A DNA stretch of 64,000 nt from an uncultured delta proteobacterium (GTDB lineage Bacteria > Myxococcota_A > Polyangia > Fen-1088). Under the pieces are notes generated by a model, which saw only the letters and a list, made by a program, of their open reading frames with translations, did not search any database and was not told where the DNA came from. Where the stretch lies: assembly GCA_963737265.1 (NCBI GenBank), contig CAVTRY010000007.1, positions 96,001 to 160,000 on the forward strand, in the 5' to 3' direction. Positions 28,668 to 38,254 of the stretch are shown in pieces (position 1 is the first letter of the stretch; each line of letters starts with the position of its first letter). Both the position numbers and the translations under genes were made by a program.

Positions 28668-29852
28668 TCAGGATTCCAGGGCGGCAAGCCCCGGGAGTTT
28701 CTTACCTTCGATGAATTCGAGCGAGGCGCCTCCGCCCGTGGAAATGTGGGTGATGCTGCTGGCGACGCCGGCGCGAAGAACCGCGGCCACCGAGTCGCCT
28801 CCGCCCACGACGGTGGTGCCGCCCATGACCTGCGCCATCGCCTTGGCCACGGCTTGGGTGCCGGCCGCGAACAGTTGCGCTTCGAACACGCCCATCGGCC
28901 CGTTCCAAAAAACGGTGCGCGCACGCGCCACGATGCTGGCGATTTCCGATGCAGTTTCTGGCCCGATGTCAAACGCCGCGCTGTGGTCGGGGACGTGCAT
29001 GGCGGCCACGACAGTGCCGCTTTCTGCCTTGGCGTCCTCGGCGACCACGAGATCGCGCGGCAAAATGATCCGCGCGCCCATCGATTCGGCCTTGGCAAGG
29101 AATGCTCGCGCCAAAGGGAGCTTGCTGGATTCGACCAGCGAGCCGCCCATGCTGCCGCCCTTGGCGCACAGAAAGGTGTTGGCCATCGCACCGCCCAGGC
29201 AAACTGCGTCGGCCCGGCCGAGCAGGCTTTCGAGCAGGCCGATTTTGTCGGAAACCTTGGCGCCGCCGATGATGGCGACGAAGGGACGCGCCACCTCGCC
29301 CACCAACTTGGCGAGCTCGGTTGCTTCCCTGTCCATCAGGAAGCCCATGCCCCGGCTTGAAACATACTTGGCCATGCCGACGGTCGAGGCGTGGGCGCGG
29401 TGGGCGGTGCCGAAGGCATCATTGATATAGACGTCGGCGTAGGAGGCAAGGGCGCGCGCGAAGCTCTCGTCGTTCGCTTCTTCCCCCGGCGAAAAGCGCA
29501 GATTTTCCAGCATCGCCACGCCGCCGTCACGCAGGTCGCACACGACCTTCTTGGCGCCGTCGCCGGCCGGCTCGTCGGCCAGGACAACGTCGCGCGCGAG
29601 GGCCTCGGCGAGGTAGGCGGCCACGGGAAGAAGCGACAGCTCAGGCTTGATGCGGCCCTTGGGACGTCCGAGGTGGGACGCCAGCACCACGCGAGCCCCG
29701 CGCTCGATGGCGTGGGTGATGGTGGGCAGACTCTCGCGAATGCGGGTCGCATCGGACACACCACCGGCCGGGGTGAGCGGGACGTTGAAGTCCACGCGTA
29801 TAAACACCCTTCGACCCTGCAGATCCAAATCGGCAATCGTTTTTGCCGCCAT
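28668..29852 (-). CDS. pgk: Phosphoglycerate kinase
   Basis: RVDFNVP, SHLGRP, LENLRF, DAFGTAHRAHAS, GGAKVSDK, ISTGGGASLE. Confidence 0.98.
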   Translation of the reverse strand: MAAKTIADLDLQGRRVFIRVDFNVPLTPAGGVSDATRIRESLPTITHAIERGARVVLASHLGRPKGRIKPELSLLPVAAYLAEALARDVVLADEPAGDGAKKVVCDLRDGGVAMLENLRFSPGEEANDESFARALASYADVYINDAFGTAHRAHASTVGMAKYVSSRGMGFLMDREATELAKLVGEVARPFVAIIGGAKVSDKIGLLESLLGRADAVCLGGAMANTFLCAKGGSMGGSLVESSKLPLARAFLAKAESMGARIILPRDLVVAEDAKAESGTVVAAMHVPDHSAAFDIGPETASEIASIVARARTVFWNGPMGVFEAQLFAAGTQAVAKAMAQVMGGTTVVGGGDSVAAVLRAGVASSITHISTGGGASLEFIEGKKLPGLAALES

Positions 29853-29927
29853 GAGAGGGTCCGCTTCTACACGGAAGGAGATGGCATTTCCAGGGTTTTG
29901 GCATAGGCGAGGCCGGCCGCGCTCTCA

Positions 29928-29958
29928 GAAAACAACAAAGGGGACCCGAAGGTCCCCC
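29928..29958 (-). terminator. Rho-independent terminator of the small gene 29984-30178
   Basis: GGGGACC-TTCG-GGTCCCC followed by TTTGTTGTTTT on the minus strand. Confidence 0.85.
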
Positions 29959-29983
29959 TGTTGATGCATCGAGAAGAGAGGAA

Positions 29984-30178
29984 TTAAGCCAGTGTTGGCT
30001 GGTCCTTGATGTCGGTCGTGACTTGCTCGATCAATTCACTGGCCAGCGCAACGATTTGCTTCGGTTCATAGCCATTCTCTCGAAGATCGCGATAGAGCGA
30101 CTTGGAAAGAATCCTAACCGCGCGCTCGCGATTGACAACTTGCGGTACGGCTTCGAGAGTAGCGAGAGCTTGTGACAT
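29984..30178 (-). CDS. Small (64 aa) hypothetical helical protein
   Basis: GGAGGAGG SD; MSQALAT...RAVRILSKSLYRDLRENGYEPKQIVALASELIEQVT; has its own promoter and terminator. Confidence 0.85.
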   Translation of the reverse strand: MSQALATLEAVPQVVNRERAVRILSKSLYRDLRENGYEPKQIVALASELIEQVTTDIKDQPTLA

Positions 30179-30211
30179 GTATCCTCCTCCCAAGAGGTTG
30201 CTCCTGGCCTA

Positions 30212-30227
30212 AGCAGGAGGTGTGCCA
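30212..30227 (-). promoter_or_regulatory. Sigma54 (-24/-12) promoter
   Basis: TGGCACACCTCCTGCT = TGGCAC, GG-N10-GC, about 35 nt upstream of ATG 30178. Confidence 0.7.
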
Positions 30228-30540
30228 GCCGACACAGAACTGACACCTGGCTGTAACACATTGAAACCATGGGCTACGTGGACTCGCCGCATCTTGGGGC
30301 GCGAAGGCCGTTACGCACAAGCTGGGCATGGCGCGTGCATCTGAGTGGGTAGAGAGAGTCTCGCTCGTCGCCAAGTGCGTAGGTGAATTCGCAGGCGCGA
30401 CAGTGAGCGCGCGGCAAACTTAGGCGTCTGATTGCGGCAACTCGGCCAATGCGTTCGCGCGTATTTGGGATAACACGCTCATGAATACACTAATTGGCGC
30501 GCGGCCCTAGCGCGGCCGGAACCGCGATGGGCGTTCCGAG

Positions 30541-32361
30541 CTACTTGCTTTCCAGCCCGAGCAGCGCAATGTGCAGCTCGTCGAGCTGTTTGGTAGTCAC
30601 TGCGGATGGCGCGTCAGTGCAAAGGTCGGTTCCCTTTTGAGTCTTGGGGAACGCGATCACGTCGCGCAACGATTCTGCGCCACACAAAAGCATGGCCAGC
30701 CGATCCACGCCGGCAGCGATGCCGCCATGGGGTGGCGGGCCGCAACGGAAGGCATCCAGCAGGAAGCCGAATTTGGTCTGCGCATCCTCGTCGGACATCC
30801 CCATGGCGCGGAACACGCGCGACTGGATGTCACCTTGGTGGATGCGGATCGAGCCACCGGCGATCTCATTTCCGTTGAGCACAAGATCGTAGGCGCGGGC
30901 GCGCACCGATCCCGGGTCGGACTCGAGTCGGTCGAGATCTCCGGCTACCGGCGACGTGAAGGGATGGTGGGCCGCGACAAGCTTGCCGTCGTCGCTGCGC
31001 TCGAAGAGCGGGAACTCGGTGATCCAGCAGAATTTCCACTGGTTCGCCGGAATGATGTCGAGCTTATTCGCCACGTGCAGTCGGAGCGCGCCGAGCACGG
31101 AGTGCACCAACTTGGGCGCGCCAAACTGCAAGAAGAAGACGTCGCCTTCTTGTAGGCCGGCGGCGGCGTTCAGATCGGCGCGCAGCGATTCGCTCATCGT
31201 TTTCATGGGCGACTGGGTCCACGCCCCGCCCGCGCCGATGCGCGCCCGCGCCAAGCCGCGTGCGCCCAAGCCCTTGACGAATTCCTCCAGCTTGTCGACC
31301 TCGGCGCGCGACATTTTCGATGCCTCGGTAGCGGGCAAGCGCCAGCCCTTCACCACCGCCGCCTCGCCGCCGGTAGACTTGGCCGAAACCGCCTGGCGCA
31401 ACATTTCGACGTTGCCACCGTCGTGCTTGCGCACGACCTCGGTCACATCGCACAGGGGCAGTCCGAAACGCAGATCGGGCTTGTCCGATCCGTAGCTGGC
31501 CATGGCCTCGGTGTACGACAAGCGCAGGAACGGGGTGGCAAGGTCGATGCCGAGGATGTCCCTCCACAGCGCGGACATTAGGCTTTCAAAAACCCCCTGC
31601 ACGTCCTCCTCGACGACGAAGCTCATCTCGGCGTCGATCTGTGTGAACTCGGGCTGGCGGTCTTGGCGCAGATCCTCGTCGCGGAAGCAACGGACGATCT
31701 GAAAGTAGCGGTCGAAACCCGCCACCATGAAAAGCTGCTTGAAGAGCTGGGGCGACTCGGCCAAGGCGTAAAACTGGCCTGGCGAAAGGCGCGACGGAAC
31801 CAGGAAGTTGCGCGCACCGCCCGGCGTGTATTTCACCAGGAAGGGCGTTTCGATTTCGAGGAACTTGTGCAGGGTCAGCACGCGCCGAGTGGTCTGGTAG
31901 ATCTGCGAGCGCAAAAGGAAGTTCTTTTGCAGCGACGGACGGCGCAGATCGAGCGCGCGATGTTTCAGTCGGATCGATTCGTTGGCCGTGGTGCTGTCAG
32001 CGATCTCGAAGGGTGGCGTGTCCGAGCGCGAGAAGATGGTGAGGTTCGTGCAGTGGATTTCCACGTCGCCGGTGGGCAGGTTGGGATTGCGCCGCTCGCC
32101 GCGGTCGTGCACAACCCCTTGCAGGCCGATGCAGAATTCCGAGCGCAGCTCGCTTGCCAGGGTGTGAGCCTGCGCGCTGGTCTGCGGTTCGAACACGACC
32201 TGCGTGATGCCGGCGCGGTCGCGCAAATCGATAAACACACATCCACCGTGATCGCGGCGGGACGAAACCCAGCCGAAAAGTACGACGGCGGAACCAACGT
32301 CGCTGCTGCGCAGTGAGCCGCAGTCGTGGGTGCGCTTTAGGTCTCTTAGAAACTCGGACAT
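30541..32361 (-). CDS. aspS: Aspartate-tRNA ligase (probably non-discriminating)
   Basis: RTHDCG, RRDHGGCVFIDLRD, FYALAESPQLFKQ, CFRDEDLR.DRQPEFTQID, PPHGGIA.G.DR; start ATG 32361. The RRDHG motif plus gatCAB in the window suggests a non-discriminating enzyme. Confidence 0.97.
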   Translation of the reverse strand: MSEFLRDLKRTHDCGSLRSSDVGSAVVLFGWVSSRRDHGGCVFIDLRDRAGITQVVFEPQTSAQAHTLASELRSEFCIGLQGVVHDRGERRNPNLPTGDVEIHCTNLTIFSRSDTPPFEIADSTTANESIRLKHRALDLRRPSLQKNFLLRSQIYQTTRRVLTLHKFLEIETPFLVKYTPGGARNFLVPSRLSPGQFYALAESPQLFKQLFMVAGFDRYFQIVRCFRDEDLRQDRQPEFTQIDAEMSFVVEEDVQGVFESLMSALWRDILGIDLATPFLRLSYTEAMASYGSDKPDLRFGLPLCDVTEVVRKHDGGNVEMLRQAVSAKSTGGEAAVVKGWRLPATEASKMSRAEVDKLEEFVKGLGARGLARARIGAGGAWTQSPMKTMSESLRADLNAAAGLQEGDVFFLQFGAPKLVHSVLGALRLHVANKLDIIPANQWKFCWITEFPLFERSDDGKLVAAHHPFTSPVAGDLDRLESDPGSVRARAYDLVLNGNEIAGGSIRIHQGDIQSRVFRAMGMSDEDAQTKFGFLLDAFRCGPPPHGGIAAGVDRLAMLLCGAESLRDVIAFPKTQKGTDLCTDAPSAVTTKQLDELHIALLGLESK

Positions 32362-32419
32362 GTCCGGATTCTTACTGGAAGCGAGGCGCGCCGTCGACGT
32401 TTCATCCGTTGCTTCGTGC

Positions 32420-32447
32420 TTGACTGGATCGAAATTAACGATATATC
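32420..32447 (+). promoter_or_regulatory. Promoter with palindromic operator candidate upstream of padR
   Basis: TTGACT followed by the palindrome GATATATC (32440-47) over the -10 position; a related CGATAGTCG occurs at about 32470. Confidence 0.45.
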
Positions 32448-32491
32448 TATGACCCATCTAGAGCGGACGCGATAGTCGGACGAGGCAGATC

Positions 32492-33199
32492 ATGCTGGAA
32501 GAACAAATCCGAGAGTTCTTGAAGGACAGGGCTGGGACTTGGGCGCGGGAGCATGCCAGCTGCGCATCTGGTTTCTGGGCCGCTGGACATGGACATGGCA
32601 AGCACGCAGGCGGCGGGCCGTTCAGCCTGGGTGGCGGCGGCGCAGGCGGCGGATCGGGCGGCGGCTTTCCGCCGTTTCCTCCATTCAACGGCTTTCCGTG
32701 GAATATTTTTCGTCGAACGCGGGCCAAGCGCGGCGATGTGCGCGCGGCGATTCTGTCGCTTTTGGCCGAGAAGCCGCTCAATGGTTATCAAATCATGCAA
32801 GAGCTTGAGCAGCGCAGTCGCGGCTCGTGGCGGCCGAGCCCTGGTGCCGTGTATCCGGCGCTGCAGCAGCTCGAAGACGAAGGCCTGGTCCAGGCCGAGA
32901 CTTCGAGCGGCGGGCGGACCTTTTCTCTCACCGAAGCGGGGCGCAAGTACGTGGGTGAGCACCCCGACGAGTTCGCGGCGCCGTGGGAGGCGGCAAACCA
33001 AACCACCAGCGACGATAGCGTGCTAGGACTGTTCGCCGAGCTGAAGCACATCGCGGCGGCAACGATTCAGGTGGTGCATGCCGGCTCCGGCAGCCAGATT
33101 CTCGAAGCGCAGAAGATTCTAAACCAGGCGCGCCGGGCGCTCTATCGCCTGCTCGCCGACGACGAGCCCGAAGAGCCAGATCACAACGAATCGGAATAA
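32492..33199 (+). CDS. PadR family transcriptional regulator
   Basis: RGDVRAAILSLLAEKPLNGYQIMQEL...PSPGAVYPALQQLEDEGLV...FSLTEAG. Confidence 0.93.
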   Translation: MLEEQIREFLKDRAGTWAREHASCASGFWAAGHGHGKHAGGGPFSLGGGGAGGGSGGGFPPFPPFNGFPWNIFRRTRAKRGDVRAAILSLLAEKPLNGYQIMQELEQRSRGSWRPSPGAVYPALQQLEDEGLVQAETSSGGRTFSLTEAGRKYVGEHPDEFAAPWEAANQTTSDDSVLGLFAELKHIAAATIQVVHAGSGSQILEAQKILNQARRALYRLLADDEPEEPDHNESE

Positions 33200-33212
33200 C
33201 GAATAGAACCCG

Positions 33213-33241
33213 ACCCATCCACCCATCCACCCATCCACCCA
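33213..33241. repeat. Octamer tandem repeat (ACCCATCC)3+
   Basis: Read directly; ends about 10 nt before the ABC ATPase start. Confidence 0.85.
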
Positions 33242-33251
33242 ATGGCAGACC

Positions 33252-33995
33252 ATGAAATACATCGTATCCGTCAACAACGTCGTTAAGAATTACACCTTGG
33301 GCCACGTCGTGGTGCCAGCGCTGCGCGGGGTTTCGCTCGACGTGGCTGCCGGCGAATTTCTCTCCATCGCCGGTCCCTCGGGCAGCGGAAAGACCACGCT
33401 ACTCAATCTCATCGGCTGTGTGGACACGCCCACGTCCGGCGACGTGGCCCTCGACGGCAAGCATACCGGTAGCATGTCGGAACGCGAGCTCACCCGGCTG
33501 CGCCTCAACACCATCGGCTTCATCTTTCAGAGCTTCAACCTGGTATCGGTGCTGAGCGTGTTCCAGAATATCGAGCTGCCGCTTTTGCTACAGCGTTCGG
33601 CAGGCGCGAAGGAACGCCGGACGCGCGTGGAAGCCCTCCTCGATCGGGTCGGCATTCGGGAATACCAAGGCCACCGGCCGAGCGAATTGTCCGGCGGTCA
33701 GCGCCAGCGCGTGGCCATCGCCCGCGCGCTCGTGACCCGGCCGCAGCTCGTGCTCGCCGACGAGCCGACGGCGAACCTGGACTCGGTGACGGGCACCAAC
33801 ATCTTGGATTTGATGAAAGAGCTGAACCACACCGAGAAGACGACCTTCATTTTCTCGACCCACGATGCGCGCGTGTGGTCGTACGCCAGCTCGGTGGTGC
33901 GGCTCGCCGACGGCCAGCTCGTCGATCGAGTGAGCGCCGCGGAGGCGGTTCGCGTCGGCGGCGTGGGCGACCTGCAAGGCGCGAGGACACCTTAG
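33252..33995 (+). CDS. ABC transporter ATP-binding protein (LolD/MacB-type)
   Basis: GPSGSGKT, LSGGQRQRVAIARA, LADEPTANLD, FSTHD. Confidence 0.95.
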   Translation: MKYIVSVNNVVKNYTLGHVVVPALRGVSLDVAAGEFLSIAGPSGSGKTTLLNLIGCVDTPTSGDVALDGKHTGSMSERELTRLRLNTIGFIFQSFNLVSVLSVFQNIELPLLLQRSAGAKERRTRVEALLDRVGIREYQGHRPSELSGGQRQRVAIARALVTRPQLVLADEPTANLDSVTGTNILDLMKELNHTEKTTFIFSTHDARVWSYASSVVRLADGQLVDRVSAAEAVRVGGVGDLQGARTP

Positions 33996-36122
33996 ATGCG
34001 CGGCTACTTCGACACGCTGAAGGTGATTGTCCTCATCGCCTTTCGCAACTTGTTCGCGAGTTGGCTCAAGACCCTCATCGTCGGCGGCATCATCCTATTC
34101 GGATCGATGCTGGTCGTCGTGGGGACGGCGCTCGTCGACAGCGTCGACACATCCATGAGCCGAAGCATCATCGGCTCCGTGGCCGGCCACATCCAGGTCT
34201 ACAATTCCAAGTCGGTGGACGAATTGGCGGTGATGGGCGACTTCCGTATGGAAGGCGCCGACCTCGATCAAATCGACGATTTCAAAGTCATGCGTGCGGC
34301 GCTGCTGTCGGTTCCCAACGTGAAGGCGGTGGTGCCCATGGGCCTGTCGGGCGCGATGGTGCCGGCCGGCAACACCGTCGACGTGGTGCTGGAGAAACTA
34401 CGCGATCTCATCCGTCGCAAACAGGCCGGCGAGGACGTGACTGTCGCCATCGAATCGCAGAAAGATCACGTGCGCCAGATCATCAGAGTGCTCGCTACCG
34501 ACATCGCCAACGTGGGCAAGATTCTGACCGACAAGGCCGTGGCGCCCGAGGAATTGGCGGCGATCCGCCGTGCGTCCGGGCCAGACTTTTGGAACGACTT
34601 CGACAAGGATCCGCTGGCCACGCTGGAATTTCTCGAAAATCGCATCGCACCCCTCGCCAGCGACGCGGACATGCTGTTCCTGCGCTACGTAGGGACCGAC
34701 CTGACTGCCTTCGCGCAGTCCTTCGATCGCATGAAGATCGTCGACGGCACGACCATTCCAGCCGGCAAGCGGGGCTTTCTCTTTTCCAAGTGGATCTACG
34801 AAGAGCAAGTCAAGCTTAAGACGGCCCACCGGCTCGATATGATTCGCGATGCCATCCTCAAGCGCGGCAAGACCATCGCCAAGGATCCCGATCTGCAGCG
34901 CTGGATCAAACAGAACTCGACCGAGGTGAAGGAGATTATGCTTCAGCTCGACGGGCAGCAGACCGCCGATTTCCGCACCAAGCTGCAACGGGAGCTGGCG
35001 AGCCAGGAAAGCGACGTGAGCAAGCTGCTGTCGGAGCTCTTCCGCGTCGACGACGGCAATGTCATGCGCCGCTATAAATTCTTCTACGATGAGCTCGCGC
35101 CGTCGCTCACGCTCTACCGCGTGCGCGTCGGCGACACCTTGACCATCAAGGCGTTCACCAAGAGCGGCTACGTCCAGTCGGTGAACCTGCGCGTGTACGG
35201 AACGTTTGCATTCGAGGGGCTGGAGGACTCGCACCTTGCGGGCGAGCTGAACCTGATGGACATGGTGTCGTTCCGCGAGCTCTACGGATTTTCGACTCCC
35301 GAGCGCGACCGCGAGATCGAGGCGCTCAAGGTCACGGCCGGCCTCAAGGAGATCGACAGAAGCAACGCCGAGGACGAAATGTTTGGCGCCAAGCCAGCTT
35401 TGGCCGACCAACCCGCGGTCGCGGCAAAGGCCGTCACCAATGCCGATGCCGATGCGGTCCTGCGCGGCCTCGCCGGCAAAAACAAGCGCGAGAAACGTGA
35501 GGATCAGGCTTACGATCCCACGCAACTAGGCCAAGGTGTGGTGCTGAACGCCGCGGTCATCGTAAAGGATCCGCGCAAGATTCGCCAGACCATGGCGGAG
35601 ATCGAAGCGGCCGGAACCAGAGCCGGGTTGACCCTGAAAGCCATCGACTGGCAGAAGGCCTCCGGGCTCGTCGGCCAGTTCGTGACCATGATCAGAGCCG
35701 TTCTCTACATATCGGTTCTGATCATCTTCGCAGTGGCGCTCGTCATTATCAACAACGCGCTTGTCATGGCGACGCTCGAACGCATCGGGGAAATCGGCAC
35801 CTTGCGCGCGGTCGGGGCGCAGCGCCGGTTCCTGCTTGGCATGTTGCTGGTCGAGTCGCTCGCGGTCGGGGCCCTGTTCGGCGGCATCGGTTCGGCGCTG
35901 GGCGCTGGCATCGTGGCCATTCTGCGCCTGGTCGGCATTCCCGCCTTCAACGACATCTTTTACTTTTTCTTCTCGGGCCCGCGCCTTCATCCCGGGCTTT
36001 CGCTAAGCAATGTCGGAATCGCTCTCGCCATCGTGTTGGTGGTGAGTGGCGCGTCCAGTATTTATCCCGGATTCCTGGCCATGCGGGTGAGCCCGCGCCA
36101 GGCGATGCAATCGGACGAGTGA
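33996..36122 (+). CDS. ABC permease (FtsX/LolE-like) with very large periplasmic domain
   Basis: AFRNLF + TM1, about 500-aa periplasmic loop, MATLERIGEIGTLRAVG + 3 TMs. Confidence 0.9.
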   Translation: MRGYFDTLKVIVLIAFRNLFASWLKTLIVGGIILFGSMLVVVGTALVDSVDTSMSRSIIGSVAGHIQVYNSKSVDELAVMGDFRMEGADLDQIDDFKVMRAALLSVPNVKAVVPMGLSGAMVPAGNTVDVVLEKLRDLIRRKQAGEDVTVAIESQKDHVRQIIRVLATDIANVGKILTDKAVAPEELAAIRRASGPDFWNDFDKDPLATLEFLENRIAPLASDADMLFLRYVGTDLTAFAQSFDRMKIVDGTTIPAGKRGFLFSKWIYEEQVKLKTAHRLDMIRDAILKRGKTIAKDPDLQRWIKQNSTEVKEIMLQLDGQQTADFRTKLQRELASQESDVSKLLSELFRVDDGNVMRRYKFFYDELAPSLTLYRVRVGDTLTIKAFTKSGYVQSVNLRVYGTFAFEGLEDSHLAGELNLMDMVSFRELYGFSTPERDREIEALKVTAGLKEIDRSNAEDEMFGAKPALADQPAVAAKAVTNADADAVLRGLAGKNKREKREDQAYDPTQLGQGVVLNAAVIVKDPRKIRQTMAEIEAAGTRAGLTLKAIDWQKASGLVGQFVTMIRAVLYISVLIIFAVALVIINNALVMATLERIGEIGTLRAVGAQRRFLLGMLLVESLAVGALFGGIGSALGAGIVAILRLVGIPAFNDIFYFFFSGPRLHPGLSLSNVGIALAIVLVVSGASSIYPGFLAMRVSPRQAMQSDE

Positions 36123-36127
36123 CCATC

Positions 36128-37444
36128 ATGAGCAACCTATTTCTCGATTTCCGAATCGCGCTTCGTAGTCTGTTCCAGCACCGCCGGCGCACCTTCTTCC
36201 TCGTCGCCGCCATCGCGGGCGTGACCGGACTTCTGGTCTTGCTCAACGCACTTTCGACCGGGATCAGCGAAACCATGGTGCGCGCCGCGACGACGCTGTC
36301 CAGCGGTCACGTCAACGTGGGCGGCTTCTTCAAGGTGACCTCGAACCAGTCCGGTCCGGTCGTGACCGAATTCGCCAAGGTGGTCAAAGTCGTCGAGCAG
36401 AACGTGCCCGAGCTTGAGCATTGGGTCCATCGTGGCCGCGGCTGGGCCAAGATCATCTCCGATTCCGGATCGATTCAAGCGGGCGTGACGGGCATCGAAA
36501 TCAAGAACGAGCCCGACTTCAAACGGGTCATTCGCTTGGTGAGCGGACGACTCGAAGATTTGTCGGAGCCCAACACCATCATGGTCTTCGAATCGCAAAT
36601 CGAGCGCTTGAAGGTCAAGGTGGGCGATGCCGTCACGCTGTCGGCTCAGACCAACCGCGGGGCTGCCAACACCGTCGACGTCCGCGTCGTCGCCATCGCC
36701 AAGGACATGGGGCTCATGAGCAAGTTCGGCACCTTTGTGCCCATCGATACGACGCGCGCGCTTTACCAACTGCGCCCGGACACCACGGGAGTGATCCAAC
36801 TCTATTTGAAGCCAGCGTACATCTCGCAGGTAAACGAGATCGCCGGGCGCCTGCGTGGCACGCTGGAAAAGGCCGGCTACAGCGTGATGGATGCGGACGC
36901 CAATCCTTTCTGGATGAAGTTCCAAACCGTAAACCGCGAGGATTGGACCGGGCAGAAGCTGGACGTGACCACGTGGGAGGACGAAGTGTCGTTCCTGACC
37001 TGGACCCTGAAGGTCATCAATGTGCTCAAAGTGGTGCTGCTCACCATCCTGATCGCCATCGTCATCACCGGCATCATGAACACCATGTGGATTGCCATTC
37101 GCGAACGCACGCGCGAAATCGGCACCTTGCGCGCCATCGGCATGCAGCGTGGCGGAGTGCTGCGCATGTTCCTATTCGAATCATTCCAGATGGGCGTGAT
37201 CGGCACGGCCACGGGCGCGCTGGTCGGAACGGTAATCGCGATGTTGGTCAACGCCGCCAACATTCACGTGCCGCTGTCGGTGCAGTTGTTCCTGATGTCG
37301 GACCAGGTGCATCTGGCCATTCACATCTCGGCGCTGGGCGAGTCGGCGCTCATGATCACCATCATCACCACCCTGGCCGCGCTCTATCCCGCCTATCGGG
37401 CGGCGCGCTTGCCGCCTGTGTCCGCCATGTCCCACTTCGGCTAG
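36128..37444 (+). CDS. ABC permease (FtsX/LolE-like)
   Basis: IALRSLFQHRRRT + TM; AIRERTREIGTLRAIGM; YPAYRAARLPPVSA. Confidence 0.92.
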   Translation: MSNLFLDFRIALRSLFQHRRRTFFLVAAIAGVTGLLVLLNALSTGISETMVRAATTLSSGHVNVGGFFKVTSNQSGPVVTEFAKVVKVVEQNVPELEHWVHRGRGWAKIISDSGSIQAGVTGIEIKNEPDFKRVIRLVSGRLEDLSEPNTIMVFESQIERLKVKVGDAVTLSAQTNRGAANTVDVRVVAIAKDMGLMSKFGTFVPIDTTRALYQLRPDTTGVIQLYLKPAYISQVNEIAGRLRGTLEKAGYSVMDADANPFWMKFQTVNREDWTGQKLDVTTWEDEVSFLTWTLKVINVLKVVLLTILIAIVITGIMNTMWIAIRERTREIGTLRAIGMQRGGVLRMFLFESFQMGVIGTATGALVGTVIAMLVNAANIHVPLSVQLFLMSDQVHLAIHISALGESALMITIITTLAALYPAYRAARLPPVSAMSHFG

Positions 37445-37468
37445 TCTCGAAATACTGAAGGAGCAATC

Positions 37469-38254
37469 ATGTCGAGAGTTCGCATTCCTTACGTGGCCGC
37501 GGCCCTGCTTGCATCGTTTGTGGTCCCGAGCATCGCCCAAGCGCTGACCCAACAAGAGCTGGTCGAGGTTTTGAAAGCCGTCGACGACCGGCAACGCAAT
37601 CAGGGCGACTGGCGCTCCCTGATTTACATGGAGCAGAAGGAGAAGGGGAAGGTCGACGTGGCCTACGAGGCCCTGGTGTTTCGGCGCAGCCAGGATCAGA
37701 AGTTCATCATCCTTTTCAGCAAGCCCAAGGCCTCGCAGGGGCAGGGCTACCTGCGCATCGACCAGAACCTATGGTTCTACGATCCATCGGTGGGCAAGTG
37801 GGAGCGCCGAACCGAGCGCGAGCGCATCGGCGGAACCAACTCGCGGCGCTCGGACTTCGACGAATCGCGCCTGGCACAAGAATACGATCCCGAGGACAAC
37901 GGCGAAGCCAAGCTCGGGGCGTACACCGCGCAGGTCATGACCTTGAAGGGAAAGCCGGGCATCGATCTGGCGTTTCCCATGATGAAATTGTGGGTCGACA
38001 AGGAAACCAAGAACGTGCTCAAACGGCAGGAATTTGCGCTGTCCGGGAAGCTGCTGCGCACGTCGTACTATCCCAAGTGGAAGAAGGCCTACAGCGAATC
38101 CAGGAAGATGGATGTGTGGTATCCGGAGGAAATGCGTTTTTACGACGAGGTCGAAAAGGCGAACTCGACGCTGATTCTGGTCAAGACCGTGGACATGAAA
38201 CCGCTCGAGGCGAACTTGTTCACCAAGGCTTGGTTGGAGAGCAAGAGTCGATGA
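37469..38254 (+). CDS. LolA-like outer-membrane lipoprotein-sorting family protein
   Basis: Signal peptide; KFIILFSKP...GQGYLRIDQNLWFYDP...IGGTNSRRSDF...LFTKAWLE. Confidence 0.8.
   Translation: MSRVRIPYVAAALLASFVVPSIAQALTQQELVEVLKAVDDRQRNQGDWRSLIYMEQKEKGKVDVAYEALVFRRSQDQKFIILFSKPKASQGQGYLRIDQNLWFYDPSVGKWERRTERERIGGTNSRRSDFDESRLAQEYDPEDNGEAKLGAYTAQVMTLKGKPGIDLAFPMMKLWVDKETKNVLKRQEFALSGKLLRTSYYPKWKKAYSESRKMDVWYPEEMRFYDEVEKANSTLILVKTVDMKPLEANLFTKAWLESKSR

Noticed and set aside
27875-29191. 687-aa ORF that looks like a giant SecG fusion
   Set aside because: The upstream part is an alternative frame over tpiA and pgk; real SecG starts at GTG 27874.
30325-30338. Plus-strand GG-N10-GC sigma54-like motif
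   Set aside because: No downstream plus-strand gene and a weaker match; likely chance in GC-rich DNA, though a small RNA cannot be excluded.
37771-38250. Upstream extension of the barrel ORF
   Set aside because: Overlaps the LolA-like gene; the signal peptide starts at ATG 38251.
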